A DNA stretch of 32,000 bases, taken from the NCBI RefSeq assembly GCF_001306055.1, contig NZ_LGHJ01000015.1, positions 30,001 through 62,000 on the forward strand, written 5' to 3'. Each line of letters opens with the position of its first letter. The first letter of the stretch is position 1. The notes beneath the pieces are model-generated. The model ran no database searches. It was not told the origin of the DNA and saw only the letters and a list, made by a program, of their open reading frames with translations. This document shows positions 25,193 through 32,000 of this stretch, piece by piece. The position numbers were made by a program, and so were the translations under genes. This DNA comes from Bellilinea caldifistulae. Lineage in GTDB: Bacteria; Chloroflexota; Anaerolineae; Anaerolineales; Anaerolineaceae.

Positions 25193-26455
25193 ATGATCCC
25201 GAATCGTCTGCGATTGATCCTGCGTAACCTGTTGATCCTGGTGGTGTTTGCCCTTGTTCAGGTTCGCAGCGAGTACAACACCGCCGATCCGGTCGAGCGC
25301 GTGCGCCGCTTTACCCGCTGGATGGAATTTGATTATGTTTCCTGGACGCTGGACGCCTTGCGTCTGAAACAGCAGCAGGCTGCCCTCAACCTGCCGCGCT
25401 TTTTGAGCATCGAACAGCAGCGTCAGGTTGTGCTGCGCTATCTGGAAAGGGTTGAACGGCTCAATCAGGTGCGCAGCGAGATCAACGCCCTTTACGCTGA
25501 TCCCAACATTCTCAACCCCGAACAGGCTGCGGCCGGCTTGCTGGCCGAGCAAGAATCCCTGACTATAGAAATCAACCAACGCCTTGCGCCGCTGGCGGAG
25601 TCGGTGATGCAGTACCAGCTGAGTCTGGTAGTTGCCGATTTGGGGCTGGGGCTGGGCGGTCAACCCATCCCGCCGCCGCTCTATCATGTCACCAGTTTGC
25701 CGTATGCGTTGATCGTTTCGCCGCGTGAGGTGATTCGGCAGGATGCCGACATCTCGCTGGTTGCCGATCTCTCGCTGGATCAAATTGTACAACTGGAACG
25801 ACAAGTCGAACAGGGGTTGAATGTTTCGGCGCTGGTGGTGCCGGTGGGCGGGGTGGGCACCTACCCGACCATGGTGATGAGTACCACCGATTTGAACTGG
25901 CTGGCCGAGGTGATTGCCCACGAGTGGATTCACAACACGCTCACCCTGCGCCCGCTGGGGGCTTTGTACTACGCCTCGCCGGAGATGCGCACCATCAACG
26001 AAACAACCGCCTCGATTGCCGGGAAAGAGATTGGGGCGGCGCTGATCGAACGCTTCTATCCAGAGAAGGTTCCCCCGCCGGCGCCGCCATCTCCTCCGCT
26101 CCGGCCGTCGCAGCCGCAAGAACCGCCTGCTTTCGACTTTCGGGCCGAGATGCGCGAAACGCGCGTGACGGTAGATGCTCTGCTGGCAGAAGGGAAGATC
26201 GAGGAGGCAGAAAACTACATGGAACAGCGCCGGCGTGTCTTTTGGGAGAACGGCTACCGCATCCGGCGGCTGAATCAGGCTTACTTTGCCTTTTACGGCG
26301 CCTACGCCGATCAGCCCGGCGGAGCGGCCGGAGAAGACCCCGTCCCTGCGGCGGTGCGCGCTTTGCGCGCCCAAAGCCCCTCGCTGGCCGTGTTTATCAA
26401 CCGGATTGCGTGGGTCACTTCTTACGAAGCGCTGACCGCCATGCTCGAACCGTGA
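25193..26455 (+). CDS. Membrane-anchored hypothetical protein with HExxH (zinc-metallopeptidase-like) motif
   Basis: N-terminal TM helix (LILRNLLILVVFALV). AHEWIHN at codons 242-248 (HEWIH = DNA 25919-25933). Pro-rich linker PPPAPPSPPLRPSQPQEPP. The amino-acid composition looks protein-like, unlike the R/G/H-rich antisense ORF 25136-26461. Family not recognised. Confidence 0.6.
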   Translation: MIPNRLRLILRNLLILVVFALVQVRSEYNTADPVERVRRFTRWMEFDYVSWTLDALRLKQQQAALNLPRFLSIEQQRQVVLRYLERVERLNQVRSEINALYADPNILNPEQAAAGLLAEQESLTIEINQRLAPLAESVMQYQLSLVVADLGLGLGGQPIPPPLYHVTSLPYALIVSPREVIRQDADISLVADLSLDQIVQLERQVEQGLNVSALVVPVGGVGTYPTMVMSTTDLNWLAEVIAHEWIHNTLTLRPLGALYYASPEMRTINETTASIAGKEIGAALIERFYPEKVPPPAPPSPPLRPSQPQEPPAFDFRAEMRETRVTVDALLAEGKIEEAENYMEQRRRVFWENGYRIRRLNQAYFAFYGAYADQPGGAAGEDPVPAAVRALRAQSPSLAVFINRIAWVTSYEALTAMLEP

Positions 26456-26465
26456 AGTCACCCCA

Positions 26466-26864
26466 TCAGTCCAAATCGCTCATTCCGCCAAAGTCGCCGC
26501 CCTCGTCGCTGCCCAGTTCGGGCAGGTCGCGCTCAATATCCTCCGGCGATTGACCCTTTTCGAGCCGGTCGACCACCTCATCGAACACATCCCCCATGTC
26601 CTCGCCCAGTTCGCTCTTCATCTGACGCATCATGCGCCCCAGCGTGCGGGGGTCGTCTTCCAAACCGGCCAGATTATCCGGGTCTGCCAGACTTTCCAGG
26701 CGGCTCTCGTCCGAGCGGGCAACCCGAATCCGGCCGATGCGCCGCTGAACACGGGCGCTTCCGCAATGGGTACAGGTTACCGCACGCGTGCCATATTCGG
26801 AATAGGACATGAAGACTTCAAAGCGTTTACGGCAGTCCAGACAGCGATACTCGTAGGCAGGCAT
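26466..26864 (-). CDS. FmdB-family zinc-ribbon protein with acidic C-terminal tail
   Basis: MPAYEYRCLDCRKRFEV...CTHCGS (CxxC...CxxC), then a D/E-rich tail. The ATG at 26864 is preferred over the GTG at 26870. Confidence 0.8.
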   Translation of the reverse strand: MPAYEYRCLDCRKRFEVFMSYSEYGTRAVTCTHCGSARVQRRIGRIRVARSDESRLESLADPDNLAGLEDDPRTLGRMMRQMKSELGEDMGDVFDEVVDRLEKGQSPEDIERDLPELGSDEGGDFGGMSDLD

Positions 26865-26900
26865 TCTCACACTCCACTCATCAAAGAGTTCAATTTCTCT

Positions 26901-26908
26901 ATTATAAT
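26901..26908. promoter_or_regulatory. Palindromic ATTATAAT that could serve as a -10 box in both directions (fmdB-like gene and gmk)
   Basis: ATTATAAT is its own reverse complement. TATAAT reads at 26903-26908 on the plus strand and 26906-26901 on the minus strand, in the 100-nt divergent intergenic region. Confidence 0.3.
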
Positions 26909-26964
26909 CAACCCAATGTAAGAAAACCGTAAGAGCCTCTACCCACAGGAGAAATTAAACCCCC

Positions 26965-27588
26965 ATGGCGCATTCGCCCGTCTCGCTGCTGCCCGGTCAA
27001 AGTCCGCTGCTGGTGGTCATCTCCGGCCCTTCGGGGGTCGGCAAAGATACCGTGATTCAGGAACTCAAACGACGCAACCTGCCCCTGCATGTGGTGGTGA
27101 CTGCTACCGACCGTCTACCGCGCGCTGGAGAGGTGGACGGTGTGGACTACCACTTTGTCAGCACGCAGCGTTTCGAGGAGATGATTCGCAATCATGAATT
27201 GATTGAGTACGCGCGGGTGTACGATGATTACAAGGGCATTCCCCGGCGCGAAGTCACCGATGCGATGCAGAGCGGCAAGGATGTCATCTTCCGGGTGGAT
27301 GTGCAGGGGGCTGCCCGGCTGCGTCAGTTGTTCCCCGAAGCGGTGATGATTTTTCTGCTGCCCGCCAGCATGGAGGAACTGGAAGCGCGTCTGGCTGCCC
27401 GCCATACCGAAACCCCGGAAACCCTGAAAAAGCGCATCGAAACCGCCCGGGAAGAAATGAAGCGGTTGAACGAGTTTGAATACGCGGTGGTCAACGCGGA
27501 TGGTCAACTGGAAAAGACCATCGAACAAATCCTGGCGATCCTCACCGCCGAACATCTCAAAGTAAAACCCCGAACCTATTCGTTATGA
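26965..27588 (+). CDS. gmk: Guanylate kinase
   Basis: VVISGPSGVGKDTVI, TTR.PR.GE.DG.DYHF, EYA.VY...YG. Confidence 0.92.
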   Translation: MAHSPVSLLPGQSPLLVVISGPSGVGKDTVIQELKRRNLPLHVVVTATDRLPRAGEVDGVDYHFVSTQRFEEMIRNHELIEYARVYDDYKGIPRREVTDAMQSGKDVIFRVDVQGAARLRQLFPEAVMIFLLPASMEELEARLAARHTETPETLKKRIETAREEMKRLNEFEYAVVNADGQLEKTIEQILAILTAEHLKVKPRTYSL

Positions 27589-28358
27589 ATAACACACCTT
27601 ACACTCCGTACGATAATGACGAATATCCGCCACCCCCGCCCAGCGGGCCGGTACGCATCTTCCGGCGGCCGACTTCGGAACCGCCTTACGTGACTTATTT
27701 TATGATTGCCACCTGTGTGCTGGCCTTTTTGGGGCAGTTGTTGACCCAGACCACCTTCGGCACGGATTTGCTGGCGGCCTATGGCGCCAAAGTCAACCCG
27801 TTGATTACCGCCGGGCAGTACTGGCGGCTGATTACGCCGATGTGGCTGCACGGCTCGATCCTGCACATTGCCTTCAACATGTATGCCTTGTTCATTTTTG
27901 GCAGCAATCTGGAACGCTACTACGGTCACATCCGCTTCCTGCTGCTTTACCTGATCTCCGGTTACGCTGGAAATGTCATTTCTTTTATGATGACACCCCG
28001 TCCCTCGTTGGGTTCTTCCACGGCCATCTTCGGTCTGCTGGCTGCCCAGGCGGTGTTTCTTTACCAGAACCGCCAGCTGATTCGCAATGCGCGCAGCCTG
28101 CTGACCTCAACCCTGATGATTGCGGCGATTAACCTGTTGCTGGGTACTTCGCCGGGCATTGATAACTGGGGACACCTGGGCGGGCTGATCGGCGGGCTGG
28201 CCTTTGCCTGGTCGGCCGGGCCGATTTGGACGGTGCAGGCCGATTTCAACGGCGTCAGTCTGGTGAATCAGCGCAGCCGCCGGCGGGTGGCGCTGGTAGC
28301 GGTGGGCGTGACCCTGGTGTTCACTGCTCTGGCGGTTTTGCGCATCTGGATGGGGTAA
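27585..28358 (+). CDS. Rhomboid-family intramembrane serine protease
   Basis: WRLITPMWLHGSILHIAFNMYAL, catalytic GSSTAIFGL and WGHLGGLIGG. ATGA overlap with gmk. Confidence 0.88.
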   Translation: MNNTPYTPYDNDEYPPPPPSGPVRIFRRPTSEPPYVTYFMIATCVLAFLGQLLTQTTFGTDLLAAYGAKVNPLITAGQYWRLITPMWLHGSILHIAFNMYALFIFGSNLERYYGHIRFLLLYLISGYAGNVISFMMTPRPSLGSSTAIFGLLAAQAVFLYQNRQLIRNARSLLTSTLMIAAINLLLGTSPGIDNWGHLGGLIGGLAFAWSAGPIWTVQADFNGVSLVNQRSRRRVALVAVGVTLVFTALAVLRIWMG

Positions 28359-28488
28359 AAAGTCCTTTTTACGTTCGTCGGGGGATATTTTTCTATGCAG
28401 GTGTGGGTATCATCCCCCCGACGGCCTTGCGGGGGGTTGCCACACTCGCTTGCGCTCGATCGCAGCGACATAAAACCCCTTAAACAAT

Positions 28489-28527
28489 CCCTTCCCCCAA
28501 TTTCGCGGTCCGAAATTGGGGGAAGGG
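28489..28527. terminator. Perfect 17-bp inverted repeat between convergent operons (probable terminator of the minus-strand ABC-2 operon, possibly bidirectional)
   Basis: CCCTTCCCCCAATTTCG (28489-28505), loop CGGTC, CGAAATTGGGGGAAGGG (28511-28527). The minus-strand tail is ATTGTTTAAGGGGTTTTATG. Confidence 0.5.
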
Positions 28528-28539
28528 TACAAAAGCGGT

Positions 28540-29544
28540 TCAGGCGCGGATTTCCTGCCGCTGAAAGAGGATGTAAGCCAGTGCAAACAGGACGATGGTC
28601 GCGGCAATCAGACCGGTCAGCTGCGGCCAGATCAGCGCCACCGATTGGGAAAGCGGCAGAGGCGAACCCAAAATAGCCCCTTCCATCTGAGTCGGCAGTA
28701 AAATGCCCAGCGAACGAGTCTCCGGGTTGAGCAGGGCAATCATTGTCTCGGCGTACAGGGTATTGGGGGAAAAGCGCGCCAGTGCCAGTTGCAGGTTGGC
28801 CTGTGCCAGCAGTTCGCCCAGCGTTCCAAAGCGAATTGGGCTGAGCGATTGCGCCAGCAGACCGGCGATGATGTTCCAGAACACGGTGAAGAACAACCAC
28901 ACCGCGGTTGAGGTCAGCGCAGCCGTTGCCGGTTGACGAAAGATCACCGAAAAGACCATCGCCAGCGCCAGCCAGATTCCGCCGTAGAAGATGGTGGCCA
29001 CCAGGAACCACAGGGCGCGTCCCACCTCTTCACCGCCGGGGGCAACCCCCAGGCGTAAAATGCCCAAGCCGAAGATCAGCAGCCAGAGGGCCGTGCATAC
29101 CAGCGCCAGGGTGAAGAGCCCCGCCAGAAACTTTCCCATCAGCAGGGCATCGCGATAGATTGGCTGAGCCAGCACCCGTGAGAGGGTGCGCCGGCTAAAT
29201 TCACTGTTGACCGAGTCGAACGCCAGGGCAATGGCCACCAGCGGGATGAAGAAGGCCAGCAGCGCCGCAAAAGCCGGCAGCGGATCTTGAGCCGTGGTGA
29301 ACAGGCGCAGGTAGAGGAAGCGGTCCTGACTGACATTCTGGCTGATGTTTTGGGTGGCTACGTAAATCGAGCCAATCGCCGCCAGGACGACCAGAATTTC
29401 CAGTACCACCATGCGCGCGCTGGAAAGGTGGTCGGCCATCTCTTTGCCAACCACCGCCCACATGCCCTTCCACGGCGATCCTTCGCGAACGGGGCGGCTG
29501 GCGCTTTGCGGTTTAGCGGACACGGCTGGATTGGACTGTGCCAT
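28540..29544 (-). CDS. ABC-2-type transporter permease
   Basis: Six hydrophobic segments. The start is the ATG at 29544 (MAQSNPAVS...), preceded by AGGAGGTG, and overlaps the ATPase gene end by 32 nt. The track ORF is extended to 29739. Confidence 0.8.
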   Translation of the reverse strand: MAQSNPAVSAKPQSASRPVREGSPWKGMWAVVGKEMADHLSSARMVVLEILVVLAAIGSIYVATQNISQNVSQDRFLYLRLFTTAQDPLPAFAALLAFFIPLVAIALAFDSVNSEFSRRTLSRVLAQPIYRDALLMGKFLAGLFTLALVCTALWLLIFGLGILRLGVAPGGEEVGRALWFLVATIFYGGIWLALAMVFSVIFRQPATAALTSTAVWLFFTVFWNIIAGLLAQSLSPIRFGTLGELLAQANLQLALARFSPNTLYAETMIALLNPETRSLGILLPTQMEGAILGSPLPLSQSVALIWPQLTGLIAATIVLFALAYILFQRQEIRA

Positions 29545-30478
29545 GTTCCACCTCCTTGAAGTAGGCGCTGTAAATCTCTTCCAGACTTTGGGTCTGCACA
29601 TCCAGTTTGTACAAACGCCCGCCGGCCTGGACAACCGCCTGAGCGGCTTCCGGGCGCAGGTCGCGGGCGGCTTCCATCGTGTACAGGTTCTCACCCGTCT
29701 GACGGATGTTGCGGAAGCCGTCCACCCGTTGTAAAGCACTCTGAATGGCCTGCGGGTCGCCTTCGGCTTGCAACTGAATGCGGTAGGCTCCGCCCAGCAC
29801 CCGCTCGGCCAGTTCGTTGACCGTGCCTTGCAGTACCATGCGGCCCTTGTGGAACAGGCCTACCCGGTCGCAGACCGCCTGCACCTGATAGAGCAGGTGG
29901 GAGGAAAGCAGGATGGTGATGCCTTCCCGTTTGAGGGCGCGGATCATTTCCAGAAATTCCAGCGAAGCCTCGGGGTCCAGACCGGAAGTGGGCTCGTCCA
30001 TGATGATCAGGCGCGGATTTTTGATCAGCACATCCGCCACGCCCAGCCGCTGGCGCATACCGCGCGAGAAGGTGCCCACCCGTTTATCCGCCACCTCGCG
30101 CAGGCCGACCCGTTGGAGGGCCTCATCCACGCGCGCCGGCAGCTGCGGAGTGGGAATGGGGTTCAGACGGGCAATGTAGGTCAGGTTTTCGCGGGCGGTC
30201 AATTCGTCGTAAAAACCGACCTGATCGGGCAGGTAGCCAACCCGCGATTTGACGCTGAGCGGCTGGCGGGTGGGGTCGAGTCCCAGCACCCGCACCGAGC
30301 CGGAGGTCGGCTCGGTCAGGCCCAGCAGCATGAGGATGGTGGTGGTCTTCCCCGCACCGTTGGGACCGAGCAGACCGAACACCTCGCCAGCCTGAACCTG
30401 CAGGTTGAGATGATCAACCGCCACGAAGGAGTTGTATTTTTTGGTCAGGTCGCGGGTTTCAAGGACGGTCTCGCTCAT
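29513..30478 (-). CDS. ABC transporter ATP-binding protein (ABC-2/CcmA-like subfamily)
   Basis: [15 protein letters not shown]..., [34 protein letters not shown]. The start is the ATG at 30478, preceded by GGAGGTG. Confidence 0.9.
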   Translation of the reverse strand: MSETVLETRDLTKKYNSFVAVDHLNLQVQAGEVFGLLGPNGAGKTTTILMLLGLTEPTSGSVRVLGLDPTRQPLSVKSRVGYLPDQVGFYDELTARENLTYIARLNPIPTPQLPARVDEALQRVGLREVADKRVGTFSRGMRQRLGVADVLIKNPRLIIMDEPTSGLDPEASLEFLEMIRALKREGITILLSSHLLYQVQAVCDRVGLFHKGRMVLQGTVNELAERVLGGAYRIQLQAEGDPQAIQSALQRVDGFRNIRQTGENLYTMEAARDLRPEAAQAVVQAGGRLYKLDVQTQSLEEIYSAYFKEVEHGTVQSSRVR

Positions 30479-30515
30479 ACTCACCTCCACAGAGAAAGAA
30501 ATCGGGAAGCGAGGA

Positions 30516-31682
30516 TCAGCGCCGCCCAAAGCGGGAAACCGCCATGCCCACCGCCGCTACCGCCACCGCAATCAGGGCAATGCCAGCCACACCCCACAGG
30601 GTCGAGGTCACCACGGTGATGCGGAACTCGGCGGATTGCTGCTTGCTGTCCACCGGGCGAGCGTTGATGGTCAGCAGGTAGTCACCGGCAACCGCTTTTT
30701 CGGCAGGTTTGATGGTGGCGGTGACTTCCACCTGCTGGCCAGCGGGGATTTCGACGATTTCCTTGGGCTCAAAGGTAACCGACCAGCCGCTGGGTTCAAT
30801 GGAGCTGAGTTGAATGCCGCGCAGCGCAGCCGTACCGGTGTTCTTGAGGATGATCTTGAGTGGATTGTCCTGTCCGGCAGTCGCCTGACCGGAAAGCCGC
30901 CCATCGGGGGTGGTGATGGAGAGACGCCCTTCACCGATCACATCGGCAGCCAGATCCATGCTGGCTTCCACATCACCGGCGCGGGCGTAGATTTTGAAGG
31001 GGTAACGCCCGGCTTCGAGGGTGATGAGCGGTTCGGCGACGACCGTCAGGTTCTTGCTTTCGTTGGCCGCCAGTTGAATTTCGGTGACGGTCTGGCCAGC
31101 CGATTCAAAGCGTACCTGCATGTTGGTCGGTTGATCGGCCGACAGGGCAACGGTCAGGTCTTCACCACCTTCATTCTTGAGGGTCACGGTGTAGCGGAAG
31201 GTGGTGCTGGGTGTGCCGCGCTGAATCGGCAGTCCGTCCATGTCCAGCGAAAGGCGCGGGGGCAGTTTTTCCTTGACCGTCAGGATGATGGGTATTTCGG
31301 CGGTTTGGGTTTTGCCCTTTGCCACCACCTTCATGGTGTATTTACCGGCTTCGGGGTTGGCGGGCGGTTCGATGCGCACATCCACATTGACGGTGGTTTC
31401 GCCATCCAGGTAGACCGCATCCACAATCCGGTTGCCGCCGCGGAAACTGGCTTCCCAGCCTTCCGGCAGCCCCGCCATTTCCAGATTGACCATTTGCGGG
31501 CTGTCTGCACGCAGCTTAAGGGTGAGGGTGACCACTTCGCCAAAGCCGATGATCTGGCTTGGGTAGGTGGTAGAGATGGTCAGCCCGGCAGCAGGGGTTT
31601 CATCCTGAGCCTGCACCGGAAGCGGTAGCACGAACAAAGCAATCAGCAGCAAAACCAGTGAAATCGGCAGCAGACGCTTCAT
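30516..31682 (-). CDS. Secreted, C-terminally membrane-anchored protein with three tandem NEW3/CARDB-like Ig-fold repeats
   Basis: Signal peptide [26 protein letters not shown]. Three repeats of about 110 aa end in [25 protein letters not shown] and [13 protein letters not shown]-terminal TM helix plus RFGRR. First gene of an operon with the ABC-2 exporter. Confidence 0.75.
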   Translation of the reverse strand: MKRLLPISLVLLLIALFVLPLPVQAQDETPAAGLTISTTYPSQIIGFGEVVTLTLKLRADSPQMVNLEMAGLPEGWEASFRGGNRIVDAVYLDGETTVNVDVRIEPPANPEAGKYTMKVVAKGKTQTAEIPIILTVKEKLPPRLSLDMDGLPIQRGTPSTTFRYTVTLKNEGGEDLTVALSADQPTNMQVRFESAGQTVTEIQLAANESKNLTVVAEPLITLEAGRYPFKIYARAGDVEASMDLAADVIGEGRLSITTPDGRLSGQATAGQDNPLKIILKNTGTAALRGIQLSSIEPSGWSVTFEPKEIVEIPAGQQVEVTATIKPAEKAVAGDYLLTINARPVDSKQQSAEFRITVVTSTLWGVAGIALIAVAVAAVGMAVSRFGRR

Positions 31683-31802
31683 ACTTCTTCACTCCTTTTG
31701 TGCAAAGATGTAAAGAATGTGGGGTTTTTGACGGATGCTATCCTACTACAACAAGATAAGAAAATGATTAGAGAATTGTTAAGGTTCTTCCTTAACGGCA
31801 TG

Positions 31803-31829
31803 CCGGGGCAGGTGTCCGTTCTGCCCCGG
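31803..31829 (-). terminator. GC hairpin downstream of the partial upstream gene (possible terminator)
   Basis: CCGGGGCAG (31803-31811) pairs with CTGCCCCGG (31821-31829), loop 9 nt. No U-tract follows on the minus strand. Confidence 0.3.
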
Positions 31830-31856
31830 TAGCGTAAGAAAAAAATTGAAGGAGGA

Positions 31857-32000
31857 TTAATCCGTTGCGATAGACGGCTCGGCAGCTGCCACGATGATCT
31901 TCCCGCCGGGCTGCTGATCATCCAGCGTGTTGATCATCCGGACGGTTAAGCCGATGAAACCCATCAGCAGGCACATCCCACCGCCGAACAGATACCACGC
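31857..32000 (-). CDS. C-terminal fragment of a hypothetical membrane protein (gene begins beyond the right window edge)
   Basis: An open minus-strand frame runs from the window edge: AWYLFGGGMCLLMGFIGLTVRMINTLDDQQPGGKIIVAAAEPSIATD*, with the stop (TAA) at 31859-31857. Not in the track because no start codon lies in the window. Confidence 0.35.
   Translation of the reverse strand, partial: AWYLFGGGMCLLMGFIGLTVRMINTLDDQQPGGKIIVAAAEPSIATD

Noticed and set aside
28359-28488. A possible tRNA or small RNA gene in the hairpin-rich spacer after the rhomboid gene.
   Set aside because: There is no cloverleaf and no T-loop (GTTCRANYC) or D-loop motifs. The hairpins are better explained as terminator or palindromic elements. 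An ncRNA cannot be excluded without expression data.
31679-31921. The 80-aa minus-strand ORF that spans the intergenic region upstream of the NEW3 gene.
   Set aside because: It runs through the AT-rich promoter region and the hairpin. Its composition is implausible, and in a different frame it overlaps the better-supported C-terminal fragment ending at 31857.
1-32000. Searched for CRISPR arrays, IS or transposase ends, integrases, toxin-antitoxin pairs, restriction-modification or other defence genes, and compositional islands.
   Set aside because: I saw no direct-repeat arrays or terminal inverted repeats flanking genes, and no recognisable mobile-element or defence proteins. The AT-rich patches all coincide with ordinary promoter-containing intergenic regions.

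Overview
GC-rich bacterial chromosomal window, densely coding. Gene content suggests Chloroflexota/Anaerolineae, but that is inference only. It looks like core metabolism and transport. I found no transposase, integrase, phage, CRISPR, tRNA or rRNA signal and no recognisable defence island. Layout, left to right: (1) a lipoprotein fragment, a small membrane ORF, and Mrp/ApbC plus a CelD-like GNAT. (2) A truncated MCP-helix/CZB zinc-sensor protein divergent from a 1135-aa 5TMR-LYT/GAF/PAS/HD-GYP c-di-GMP phosphodiesterase. (3) An 8-gene operon (aroH-aroF-tyrA-aroA-aroE-aroC-aroKB-aroQ) covering all seven shikimate steps, mostly joined by ATGA overlaps. (4) On the minus strand, a thiamine salvage operon: thiN-thiB-thiP-thiQ-DUF402. 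(5) An orphan P450. (6) A MacA/MacB-type exporter. (7) An HExxH membrane protein, an FmdB zinc ribbon, and gmk plus rhomboid. (8) A NEW3-repeat surface protein with an ABC-2 exporter. The signals absent from the ORF track are regulatory. A 24-codon leader ORF (MRFFPWFYAYFFYGNAARLAGRDA, 9 aromatics in 11 residues) and an intrinsic terminator precede the aro operon, which suggests ribosome-mediated attenuation. A consensus promoter, TPP riboswitch and combined terminator/SD-sequestering hairpin precede thiN. Several genes have a -10 box 7-8 nt from the ATG, consistent with leaderless mRNAs. The DUF402 gene coupled to thiQ is a candidate unassigned thiamine-salvage enzyme. All family calls rest on motif recognition by eye; no database search was run.
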